A stretch of DNA of 64,000 nt, from the IMG/VR virus record IMGVR_UViG_3300013137_000010, positions 19,241 through 83,240 of that record; one strand, 5' to 3'. Source of the DNA: a virus. The stretch's first letter is position 1, and each line of letters opens with the position of its first letter. Both the position numbers and the translations under genes were made by a program. Under the pieces are notes generated by a model. That model was not told where the DNA came from and searched no databases. It was given only the letters and a program-made list of their open reading frames with translations. Shown here in pieces: positions 9,871 to 19,034 of the stretch.

Positions 9871-12417
9871 ATGAATTATAAAAGAGACGATGTATATGAA
9901 GCAACGTTGAAATATTTTAAGGGTGATACTTTGGCAGCTGATGTTTGGGTAAATAAGTATGCTCTTAAGGAAACAGTGAATGGTGAAACTGTTTATCACG
10001 AATTAACACCAGATGATATGCATAGAAGAATTGCAAAAGAACTGAATAGAATTGAAAATAAATATGAAAATCCGCTTTCAGAAGATTTGATTTTTGATCT
10101 AATAAAAAACTTTGAATATATCATTCCTCAGGGTTCACCAATGTCAGGTATTGGTAATGATAAGCAAGTTGTATCTCTATCAAATTGTTTTGTTATTGGT
10201 AATCATCCATCTGATTCGTATGGTTCTATTATGCAAATTGATGAAGAACAAATACAATTAATGAAACGTAGAGGTGGTGTTGGACATGATCTTTCACATA
10301 TTAGACCTGCAGGTACACCAGTTAAAAATTCAGCATTAACATCAACTGGCTTAGTTCCTTTTATGACAAGATACTCTAACTCTACCAATGAAGTTGCACA
10401 AGGCGGACGAAGAGGTGCACTAATGCTAACTTGTTCTATTAAACATCCGGATTCAGAACATTTTATTGATGCAAAATTGGAACAAGGTAAAGTTACTGGT
10501 GCAAATATTTCAGTTAAAGTAACTGATGAATTTATGAAAGCTGCAATGAGCACCAAAGTATTTACTCAGCAATTTCCAATTGATTCTGATAATCCTTTGT
10601 TTAAAAAAGATATCGATGCACAAAAATTATGGAAAAAGATTATTCACAATGCTTGGAAATCCGCTGAACCAGGCGTGCTATTTTGGGATACTTTGATTAA
10701 TGAATCTGTACCTGATTGTTATCGGGAAGAAGGTTTTGAAACTGTATCAACAAATCCTTGTGGTGAATTGCCATTATGTCCATATGATTCTTGTAGATTA
10801 TTAGCTATTAATTTATATAGTTATGTAGTTAACCCATTTACAGATAAATCTTATTTTGATTGGAAAAAATTTAAACAGCATGTGATATATGCTGAAAGAT
10901 TTATGGATGATATAGTTGATTTGGAGTCTGAAAAAATTCAAATGATATTATCTAAAATTGAGTCTGATCCAGAGCCAGAAAATATTAAACGAGTAGAGAG
11001 AGAAACATGGAGTAAAATAATGGAAATGACATTAAAAGGTCGTAGAACTGGTTTAGGTGTAACATCAGAGGGTGATATGTTAGCTGCACTAGGTTTAAGA
11101 TATGGAACACCTGAAGCAACTGATTTTTCAACTGAAGTTCATAAAAATTTAGCTATTAGTGCATATAAATCATCAGCAATTATGGCTAAAGAAAGAGGAA
11201 CATTTTCAGTTTATAATTATGAAAAAGAACTAAATAATCCATTTATTCAAAGATTAAAAGAAGCAGATCCTGAATTAGACAGAATGCTTAAAGAATGTGG
11301 TAGAAGAAATATTGCATTGCTAACTATTGCGCCAACAGGCTCAGTTTCTATTCTAACTCAGACAACTTCTGGTATTGAGCCGGCATATCTTGTTTCATAT
11401 AAAAGAAGAAGAAAAATCAATCCAACCGATAAATCAGGTAGAATTGATTTTATAGATGCTGAAGGTGTGAAGTGGGAAGAATATAATGTCTTTCATCATA
11501 AATTTGAGACCTGGTTGAAAGTTAATGGTTATAATGTGAATGAAGTTAAAAATATGAAGGATTCTGAGTTAAAACCAGTCATTGAAAAATCACCATATTA
11601 TAAAGCTACATCAAACGATGTTGATTGGGTTGAAAAAGTTAGAATGCAAGGTATGATTCAAAAATTCGTTGATCATTCAATTTCAGTAACTGTTAATTTA
11701 CCAAATAATGTAACCGAAGAAATTGTATCTAAAGTTTATGAAACTGGTTGGTCGAGTGGATGTAAAGGTTTAACAATTTATCGTGACGGATCTCGCCAAG
11801 GTGTTATTATGTCAAATGAAGGTACTACTCAGAATGTTGTTAAAGAGCCTGAAGAAAATAATGCAAAACCAAGACCTAAGCGTCTTGAATGTGAGGTTGT
11901 TAGATTTACTAATAATAAAGAAAAGTGGGTTGGTTTCTTAGGATTAATGACTGATGATAAAGGTGAGAAATATCCATACGAACTTTTTACAGGTTTATTG
12001 GATGAATTTTACGTTCCACCAAGTGTAGAAAAAGGCGAAATTGTTAAATTTAAAGAGGGTGGTGAGAAAAGCAGATATGACTTTGTTTATAAGGATAAAG
12101 ATGGTTATCATGTAACAATGGAAGGCTTAAATAGAGCTTTTGATAGAGAATTTTGGAATGTTAGTAAATTTTTATCTGCATTTTTGAGACATAGAATACA
12201 TTTACCTAGTGTTATTAATCTTATAGATAGTCTCCAATTAAGTTCAGATGTTGCTGCGTTTGGAACCTGGAAAAGTGGGGTAAAAAGAATTATTAAGAAG
12301 TATATTAACTCAACAGTTGCCGGTGAATCGTGTCCTGAGTGTGGTTCTACAGATTTAAAATATGAAGCTGGCTGCAAAACTTGCAACAACTGTGGATGGA
12401 GTAAATGTTCTGATTAA
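9871..12417 (+). CDS. nrdJ: Class II (adenosylcobalamin-dependent) ribonucleotide reductase
   Basis: 'SLSNCFV', 'QGGRRGALM', 'TNPCGE', 'IAPTGS', 'KGLTIYRDGSR', C-terminal Zn ribbon ending 'GWSKC'. Confidence 0.92.
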   Translation: MNYKRDDVYEATLKYFKGDTLAADVWVNKYALKETVNGETVYHELTPDDMHRRIAKELNRIENKYENPLSEDLIFDLIKNFEYIIPQGSPMSGIGNDKQVVSLSNCFVIGNHPSDSYGSIMQIDEEQIQLMKRRGGVGHDLSHIRPAGTPVKNSALTSTGLVPFMTRYSNSTNEVAQGGRRGALMLTCSIKHPDSEHFIDAKLEQGKVTGANISVKVTDEFMKAAMSTKVFTQQFPIDSDNPLFKKDIDAQKLWKKIIHNAWKSAEPGVLFWDTLINESVPDCYREEGFETVSTNPCGELPLCPYDSCRLLAINLYSYVVNPFTDKSYFDWKKFKQHVIYAERFMDDIVDLESEKIQMILSKIESDPEPENIKRVERETWSKIMEMTLKGRRTGLGVTSEGDMLAALGLRYGTPEATDFSTEVHKNLAISAYKSSAIMAKERGTFSVYNYEKELNNPFIQRLKEADPELDRMLKECGRRNIALLTIAPTGSVSILTQTTSGIEPAYLVSYKRRRKINPTDKSGRIDFIDAEGVKWEEYNVFHHKFETWLKVNGYNVNEVKNMKDSELKPVIEKSPYYKATSNDVDWVEKVRMQGMIQKFVDHSISVTVNLPNNVTEEIVSKVYETGWSSGCKGLTIYRDGSRQGVIMSNEGTTQNVVKEPEENNAKPRPKRLECEVVRFTNNKEKWVGFLGLMTDDKGEKYPYELFTGLLDEFYVPPSVEKGEIVKFKEGGEKSRYDFVYKDKDGYHVTMEGLNRAFDREFWNVSKFLSAFLRHRIHLPSVINLIDSLQLSSDVAAFGTWKSGVKRIIKKYINSTVAGESCPECGSTDLKYEAGCKTCNNCGWSKCSD

Positions 12418-12578
12418 TTTTAAAATAATCCACATATTTTACATTTTTGACAACCAATATTTTACAAGGTGGTGAAAATGTTATAAATATAAAGATGTGC
12501 TGTTGAAAGAGCAGGTAAAAAATATTTATTGATTCTTGATAAAGATTATTCTGATTTTGAAAAAATTATGAATTTAAT

Positions 12579-13769
12579 ATGACACAATTTGTTACTAGAT
12601 TTAGAGATGATCACGTTTATTTAGAAATCGTAGGTGATGTAGATGATACAAATGAATATTTTGTTGAATTTATAGACGAAAATTCTGGAACGATTGAATA
12701 TTCCACCATAATTAAAGTTAATTATTGGTCAAAAATTAATACTAATGAAGATAAAAATATAACAATTAGAATAACATCTAATGATACAGTTATATTTGAG
12801 AGAAATCAAAATTACAAATATAATAGAGTCTATATTTTGATAGGTTCAACATCTCTCGGAGATAGCATTGCATGGATTCCTTGTGTTGAAGAATATAGAA
12901 AATTACATAATAATGTTAAAGTTGTATTATTTACATATCATAATTATCTATTTAACAAAGCATATCCTGATATTGAATTTACTAATGTATCTAATCCTGA
13001 TTATATCAACGATGTAGACAAGAAATTTAGGATTGATTATGGACCTGAACTTTATAGAGTTAATAATATTCTGGCTCCTGAGCTTTGGAAAGTGGCTAAT
13101 CAAAAGTATGATAATGTTATCAAATATTTTGATTATAGAACTTGTTCATTGCAATCTATAGGCAATATGATATTAGGTTTACCTAATATTGAAATTATAC
13201 CTAAGGTAAATATACCTGATGATAATGGTCCTAAGATAAAAGGTAAGTATGTTGTTGTTGCAATTCAATCTACATCTCAACTAAAATATTGGAATAATCC
13301 TTTTGGCTGGGAGAGGTTGTTTGATTTTTTAGGTAGAAATGGTTATAAGGTTGTTATTATTGATAAATATAAGAATTTCGGTGTAACTGGATATTTTAAT
13401 CAAGCACCTAAAAGTAAATATGTGATAGATAAAACTGGAGATTATCCACTAAGCGATAGAATAACAGATATTAAATATGCTGAAATGATGATTACAATTA
13501 GTTCTGGTTTGGCTTGGCTATCCTGGGCTGTTGGAACTTCTGTGGTTATGATAAGTGGATTCACCAAACCATCAAATGAGTTCCAGAGTAATATTATTAG
13601 AATTCATAATCCAAATGTTTGTAATGGATGTTGGAATGACACATCTATAACTTTTGATGCAGTAGATTGGTTATTTTGTCCTAGGAAGCAAGATTTTATT
13701 TGCTCTAAAGCTATATTACCTAAAGATGTGATAGATGCTGTTAAGAGATTTATGAAAAAAGAGAGCTAA
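12579..13769 (+). CDS. GT-B glycosyltransferase (Aah/TibC heptosyltransferase-like)
   Basis: 'SLGDSIAW', 'SSGLAWLSWAVG..VVMISGFT', 'CNGCWN...CP...FICSK'. Confidence 0.75.
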   Translation: MTQFVTRFRDDHVYLEIVGDVDDTNEYFVEFIDENSGTIEYSTIIKVNYWSKINTNEDKNITIRITSNDTVIFERNQNYKYNRVYILIGSTSLGDSIAWIPCVEEYRKLHNNVKVVLFTYHNYLFNKAYPDIEFTNVSNPDYINDVDKKFRIDYGPELYRVNNILAPELWKVANQKYDNVIKYFDYRTCSLQSIGNMILGLPNIEIIPKVNIPDDNGPKIKGKYVVVAIQSTSQLKYWNNPFGWERLFDFLGRNGYKVVIIDKYKNFGVTGYFNQAPKSKYVIDKTGDYPLSDRITDIKYAEMMITISSGLAWLSWAVGTSVVMISGFTKPSNEFQSNIIRIHNPNVCNGCWNDTSITFDAVDWLFCPRKQDFICSKAILPKDVIDAVKRFMKKES

Positions 13770-14149
13770 ATGGCTCTCTTTTCTATTTTATTGAGTTTAT
13801 CTATTCTGGTTTCTCTTAGATATCTTGGACGATCTACCTCTATTAGTATTTTATTTCTATTTTGAATATCTTTTGTGATCTGAATTTTATATTTTTTAAT
13901 AGATTTACGAGAAAAAAATAATCCCCAAGACCAAATAATGAAACAAAGATTCCATGAAATAAAATTAATAAGATTAATTGTATCTGATAGATCTTTGTTT
14001 ATGATAATCATTTTAATTATTAAAAATAAATAAAGCAGAGAAAATATTATAGAACAAATGAAATAAAGTTTCATTCTTTTTAACGCTTTTTTTGATCTTT
14101 TTATAGAATATTCATAATATTCTAATATTTCACTATTAAGTTTATTCAT
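13766..14149 (-). CDS. Hypothetical membrane protein (2 TM)
   Basis: 127 aa with two hydrophobic segments. Confidence 0.6.
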   Translation of the reverse strand: MNKLNSEILEYYEYSIKRSKKALKRMKLYFICSIIFSLLYLFLIIKMIIINKDLSDTINLINFISWNLCFIIWSWGLFFSRKSIKKYKIQITKDIQNRNKILIEVDRPRYLRETRIDKLNKIEKRAI

Positions 14150-14169
14150 ATTTTTTGTTTTATAAGAGT

Positions 14170-14206
14170 AAAAAGTAAAGCCACCTTTAAGGTGGCTTTA
14201 CTTTTT
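14170..14206. terminator. Intrinsic terminator (bidirectional form)
   Basis: AAAAGTAAAGCCACC-tttaa-GGTGGCTTTACTTTT. Confidence 0.75.
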
Positions 14207-14218
14207 CTTTGTTAATGA

Positions 14219-15493
14219 TTATTTTTCATCATCATCAACATGCTTCATTATGGCATCACGGAATTTATTGAATCTCTTATCAGCCAAGAATTTTTCAGCT
14301 GCTTTGTTGTCTTTAGTATCCTCGGAGAGTGTATATTCAACATCAAGAACGTGAAGCAGGTAACCTACAATTTCATCATCAGAGATAGTCTGAAGGAACC
14401 TGACAAGGTTTTCCTGCTCTTTTGGTTTCAACTGAGAGATCTTCCTTTCTTTCATGTTAGTAAGAAGTTCGGATTTCTTATCACGGTTGAAGTTTTTAAT
14501 ATCATCTTCAATTTCATCAAACCTGTTAAGAACATCATCAAGAGTGATTTTGAGAGTATCTTCACAGTATCGGATAAATCGAGCGTTAGATGCACCAACA
14601 TAACCATGTCCGATTTCTTTAATATCGTTGATCCAGACACGAATATTCGGAAATTTCTTAATCATAATCGGAGCTTTGGTATTTTCATCAAGAATATCAT
14701 TTCCCCTCGGGTCTTTTTTAGTTACCCATTCGCCATAGTTTTCAAAGATATAATCTGAGAGAAAAGTCCAGGAACGAGGTGTTGCATAGGCTTTATTCCT
14801 CTGATTTCTTTCATCTGGTTTTTTGTAATAGTGTTCAGTGTGTGTTTTCAAAAACTGAACAATTACCGGACAAACATTTTCATTGGCATACTGCTCAACC
14901 CATTCTGGATAAGGCAAAGTATGTTCAATGTGGATCAGACGGTTGTTAAGAGCCTGGTCAAATTCTTCAACATCAGTACCATCTTCTTCACCAAGGTTAC
15001 CTGATGCACACATCATTACATTTGAATTAAATTTGAAGAAAGCACCGATTTCACGTTCAAGAAGCATCTGAAGTGCAGCGTTACGAACAGCAAGAGTGGA
15101 ACGGTTCAATTCCTCAAAGTGAATAATTGACGGTTTTTCATTTGCAATATAAGCCCATTTTGGTGCAACGTGAGCAAGCATTTTCTGCTTAACAATATTA
15201 CCTTCACTATTAGTGATGTCGCACTCATCAACAGCAGGAAATAGACCCACATCAGTTTCATCCACCATTGAAAGTCGAATATCAAAATACTGAAACCCCA
15301 TCTTATTTGCGATAGATCTCATAATTGCGGATTTAGCATATCCAGGAGCAGATTGAATGTAGAGAACACCACTTTTAGCATTCATCATCTTAAAATACCT
15401 TTTTTCTCTGTCGGAGAGAGATTCAAAACCTTTCGGGAACTTGTTCGCACCTTCGAAAGAAATACCTTTACCGATTTTGTTTTTAACTGCCAT
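14219..15493 (-). CDS. MoxR-like AAA+ ATPase
   Basis: Walker A variant SAPGYAKS, Walker B 'IHFEELNR', 'SGN', 'ALNNR', 'ATPRSW'. Confidence 0.85.
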   Translation of the reverse strand: MAVKNKIGKGISFEGANKFPKGFESLSDREKRYFKMMNAKSGVLYIQSAPGYAKSAIMRSIANKMGFQYFDIRLSMVDETDVGLFPAVDECDITNSEGNIVKQKMLAHVAPKWAYIANEKPSIIHFEELNRSTLAVRNAALQMLLEREIGAFFKFNSNVMMCASGNLGEEDGTDVEEFDQALNNRLIHIEHTLPYPEWVEQYANENVCPVIVQFLKTHTEHYYKKPDERNQRNKAYATPRSWTFLSDYIFENYGEWVTKKDPRGNDILDENTKAPIMIKKFPNIRVWINDIKEIGHGYVGASNARFIRYCEDTLKITLDDVLNRFDEIEDDIKNFNRDKKSELLTNMKERKISQLKPKEQENLVRFLQTISDDEIVGYLLHVLDVEYTLSEDTKDNKAAEKFLADKRFNKFRDAIMKHVDDDEK

Positions 15494-15527
15494 AATGAAT
15501 TATTATTTATGTTTCTTAATTAGATTA

Positions 15528-15535
15528 CAAATATA
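15528..15535 (-). promoter_or_regulatory. Bacteroidota housekeeping promoter -7 element (TAnnTTTG)
   Basis: TATATTTG upstream of the AAA gene; also at 17737-17744, 20674-20681, 21470-21477, 22487-22494 and 23461-23468 (minus), and 39410-39417, 42571-42578 and 49359-49366 (plus). Confidence 0.7.
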
Positions 15536-15576
15536 CGGTTTTATTTTTTATCACCAAAACAAATTATATATTTTTT

Positions 15577-16482
15577 TTATTTTTTTATGATTTTTCGAGC
15601 CTCATTATTGTTCACGATAATGAAATATAATCCTGATGAAATGTTCATGTTCATTTTATATTCTTTAGTTAGTTCATCTTTAAATGTTTTATAAACCAGG
15701 AGTTTACCAGTCGCATCAAAAATTTTAATATTTTCAATTGGATGCCCACTACTAATATTTAGCACACTCGTAACTGGATTTGGATAAAGATTGAGTGAAT
15801 TTTCTGCGATGTTATTCTCAATTCCTGTAAATGTTGATCTAATTGGTATTTGAGATATACCAATTACTTTTCTATTTGAATCCTCAATAATTATTGTTAA
15901 TTCACTATTATCAAGTGTCCAGTTACTTTTAAATGCGATAGAATATTTGATTTCAGTGCCATTATATAGTGTGTCATACATAATTTGTCGCATTACATGC
16001 ATATATTTCGTACCTGGAAAATTTTCCGTTACCATAGCAACAATATGCATCTCACCTGTATATATACCCGATAAATTAACATAAGTAGTAAAAACATTAA
16101 GAGGTGGATTCATATATGCAAACCTTTCTATTTTGCTTTTTACTGATGGTGTTATACAAAAACGAGTAGAAATAGAATCTATTTCTTTCCATTTATCTAA
16201 ACTCAATAGATCATTATCACTGAGTTTGTATCCTTTAATAAATACACTAGGAATAACATTTGCACCGAGTTGAGTCATACGTTTACTAACATCTGGATTT
16301 TTCAAAGTATCAGAACTCCAAAAATGATTCATGACATAAGCCATATTTAGGCTTGCACATAAAGTCTTAAGACTATCATATTCCTGTGTGAATTTATTTA
16401 CAAAGAACTCACCGAAACTTTGCTGAGCGAATGCTGATGTAATTGTCAAAAAAGCAATTACTGTTAAAAATACTTTTTTCAT
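15577..16482 (-). CDS. Secreted protein with a T9SS type A C-terminal sorting domain
   Basis: Signal peptide MKKVFLTVIAFLTITSAFA; C-terminus 'LYPNPVTSVLNI...IFDATGKLL...SGLYFI...KIIKK'. Confidence 0.85.
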   Translation of the reverse strand: MKKVFLTVIAFLTITSAFAQQSFGEFFVNKFTQEYDSLKTLCASLNMAYVMNHFWSSDTLKNPDVSKRMTQLGANVIPSVFIKGYKLSDNDLLSLDKWKEIDSISTRFCITPSVKSKIERFAYMNPPLNVFTTYVNLSGIYTGEMHIVAMVTENFPGTKYMHVMRQIMYDTLYNGTEIKYSIAFKSNWTLDNSELTIIIEDSNRKVIGISQIPIRSTFTGIENNIAENSLNLYPNPVTSVLNISSGHPIENIKIFDATGKLLVYKTFKDELTKEYKMNMNISSGLYFIIVNNNEARKIIKK

Positions 16483-16501
16483 GTTATTTATATTAAATTA
16501 T

Positions 16502-17527
16502 TTAATTGTTATCATTATTATCATTATCATTTTCTATATCATCATCTTCATTCTCTGAAGAAATTTTATCAATATATTCTTTTTCTTTTCTTTCTCTTTC
16601 TGCTTTAAATATCGGAACCAAATAGTCAATTACATAATTAAATCTATCAGTGCTATTTTTGAATTCCCATTCTGAAACATCAGATAAATCAACATCATAG
16701 AGATTTGCTAAAAATTCATAATCTGGCATACAGTTTGGTGTTTCATTCTTTTCGATTTTAATTACGTTTTCAGTAATCAAAACAGTTTTATCAAATCTTA
16801 GAATTGCAGTATATGAATGTTCGTTATTATCTGTTAAAAAAACATCTAATTTATCATTGTCAAGTGAAATAGGCTCAACTCTACACACAAAAGGATTATC
16901 ATTAACTTTAATCCAAGTATTTGGATCTATCAAATTCGAGATAATTCTTTCCAATACTTCTTCCAAATTAAAATCTCTCTTCTCATATTCAACAACACTT
17001 TCTAAATTATCTTTTAATAATTTAAATAGATTATTTTCATATTCTAAAAGAGCTTCTTCCCTTTTTTTCTTTTTACTATTCATTTGTTCAATCAATTCTC
17101 CCCATAACTCTTTCTGATGCTCTTCATGTTCTTTTTGTTTAGCATCCTCATAAGCTTCAGGATCTTTTTTATAAAGAAGAGAATCCTTTATCTCCAAAAT
17201 ACGATATTCATCTTTAATTTCTTCGATAAAAGAAGAAAAATCAGTATCTTCTGTCAATTTGTCATTAAGTTGATACTTGAGTTTTTCTGTATTCTCTTCT
17301 TCTGTAAAAAAGATACATGGTGCAAATTTTTCAATTTTTACATCACAACCCTTAATAAGATTTTCAGCAATCAGTGTAGGATAGAATTCATAAAGTTCCC
17401 TATCTAATTTAGAACCGTTCTTAATAAGATAGATTAAGTGTCCATTAGGTTCTTCTGTTTTAATAAGATGATAATTATATTTTACATCTTCTGTAAAAAG
17501 GTTCATTAGATTTTTTTTCTTGTTCAT
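16502..17527 (-). CDS. Hypothetical protein
   Basis: 341-aa acidic ORF. Confidence 0.7.
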   Translation of the reverse strand: MNKKKNLMNLFTEDVKYNYHLIKTEEPNGHLIYLIKNGSKLDRELYEFYPTLIAENLIKGCDVKIEKFAPCIFFTEEENTEKLKYQLNDKLTEDTDFSSFIEEIKDEYRILEIKDSLLYKKDPEAYEDAKQKEHEEHQKELWGELIEQMNSKKKKREEALLEYENNLFKLLKDNLESVVEYEKRDFNLEEVLERIISNLIDPNTWIKVNDNPFVCRVEPISLDNDKLDVFLTDNNEHSYTAILRFDKTVLITENVIKIEKNETPNCMPDYEFLANLYDVDLSDVSEWEFKNSTDRFNYVIDYLVPIFKAERERKEKEYIDKISSENEDDDIENDNDNNDNN

Positions 17528-17780
17528 AATTTAATATTAATTATTATTCGTTAGCATGATATAAAATCATAGCACCAGATTCTAAAATTAGAGGTTCTTT
17601 ATTTAAACAGATATAACTTCAGTATAATGAAGATTCTCTAATTCTTTTCTCGCATCTTCTAGTGTTTCTGATAATGAAAGCAAAATTTCATATTCTGTTG
17701 TCCAGATATATAATTTTTTCATATTCTTATTTTTTACAAATATAATCATTTCTTTTTAATAAAAAAATTTTGGAAAGATT

Positions 17781-17810
17781 AAAAAAGATAAAAAAAGATA
17801 AAAAAAGATA
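17781..17810 (+). repeat. Three tandem 10-bp repeats (AAAAAAGATA)
   Basis: Read directly; upstream of a small RHH-like ORF. Confidence 0.8.
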
Positions 17811-17842
17811 AAAATGACTTTTAAATATTTATATATAACATA

Positions 17843-17986
17843 ATGAGAAATTTAAAAAATATAAAAATAGATGAGAATTTGCATATAGAATTAAAGAAAT
17901 ATGCAAAGGAAAATTCACTTAAGTTGAATGAATGGATTGAGAAACTTATTAAAATGGAATTTGAAAAAATAAAGAATAAAGAATGA
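17843..17986 (+). CDS. Small ribbon-helix-helix-like DNA-binding protein (47 aa)
   Basis: MRNLKNIKIDENLHIELKKYAKENSLKLNEWIEKLIKMEF; ATGA overlap with the next gene; below the ORF-track size cutoff. Confidence 0.65.
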   Translation: MRNLKNIKIDENLHIELKKYAKENSLKLNEWIEKLIKMEFEKIKNKE

Positions 17987-19005
17987 TAATAGATGAATAT
18001 GTTTTTGTTAAGCCAAACAATCATAGTATAATGCATTATATAAATAAAGGTTATGATGCAAAGTGTAGAAAAGAATTATTAATTAAAGTAGATGATTTGA
18101 CACCTTCATCTAGAGTGAAAGTTAATTGCAAATGTGAGAAATGTGGAAATATTAAAAGTATAAGATATCAAGATTATTATAAATGTTTAAAATTGAATAA
18201 TATATATTTATGTAGTAATTGCAAATTCGAAAAAACAAAAATTACAAATAATGAACGATATGGAAAAGATGATTCTTTTAATATGGAAAAAACGATTAGG
18301 ACTATGAATATTAAATATGGTTGTAATTATTCTTTACAAAATAAAGAAATAAAAAATAAAAAAGAAAATACTTGTGTAGAAAGATATGGTTATAAAAATG
18401 CTTCTGAAAATTACGATATTAAAAATAAAGTAAAACAAACTAATATTAGAATATTTTTAGATATGGATAAGAAACAGTCTATTTTAAATAAAAGAAAAGA
18501 AACATGTATAGAGAAATATGGTGTTGATAATTATAGTAAGACTGAAGAATATAAATTAAAATCAGAAAGTACTTGTATGAAAAAATATGGTTATAAACAT
18601 AATGGATCTGTACCAGAATTAATAAAAAAAAGATTAGAATCTAGAAATATAATTAATTCACAAGAACGAAGTTTATTTTTTTTGTATAAGAAAGATGTGA
18701 ATAAAATTAGTAGAAGGTTCAGTAAAAAATTACTTGAAGAATGGAATGGTTATGATTATTATGATGGAGAATTAATAATAAATAATTTTTTATTAAAGAA
18801 AAATTCAAGATTATATCCATCAATCGATCATAAGATTCCTATTTATTACGGATTTGTTAATAACATCAAACCAGAGATTATTGGTGAAATAGATAATTTA
18901 TGTATTACAAAAAAATATATAAATTCTAGAAAAAAGAATATGATATATGAGCCAAAATTATTAATTAAAATCAAATTGAAAATAGTTGATGATATAATTA
19001 AATAA
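17983..19005 (+). CDS. HNH-type homing endonuclease with KYG repeats
   Basis: N-terminal CxxC Zn motifs, repeated 'TC.EKYG', C-terminal 'SIDHKIP...NLCIT...INSRK'. Confidence 0.75.
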   Translation: MIIDEYVFVKPNNHSIMHYINKGYDAKCRKELLIKVDDLTPSSRVKVNCKCEKCGNIKSIRYQDYYKCLKLNNIYLCSNCKFEKTKITNNERYGKDDSFNMEKTIRTMNIKYGCNYSLQNKEIKNKKENTCVERYGYKNASENYDIKNKVKQTNIRIFLDMDKKQSILNKRKETCIEKYGVDNYSKTEEYKLKSESTCMKKYGYKHNGSVPELIKKRLESRNIINSQERSLFFLYKKDVNKISRRFSKKLLEEWNGYDYYDGELIINNFLLKKNSRLYPSIDHKIPIYYGFVNNIKPEIIGEIDNLCITKKYINSRKKNMIYEPKLLIKIKLKIVDDIIK

Positions 19006-19032
19006 AAAAGCCAGTTTTTAACTGGCTTTTTT
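19006..19032. terminator. Bidirectional intrinsic terminator
   Basis: AAAAGCCAGT-tttta-ACTGGCTTTT between convergent genes. Confidence 0.8.
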
Positions 19033-19034
19033 AT

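Noticed and set aside
17546-17722. Short minus-strand ORF (39 aa) with a possible frameshifted continuation
   Set aside because: Too short to assign and no recognisable motif
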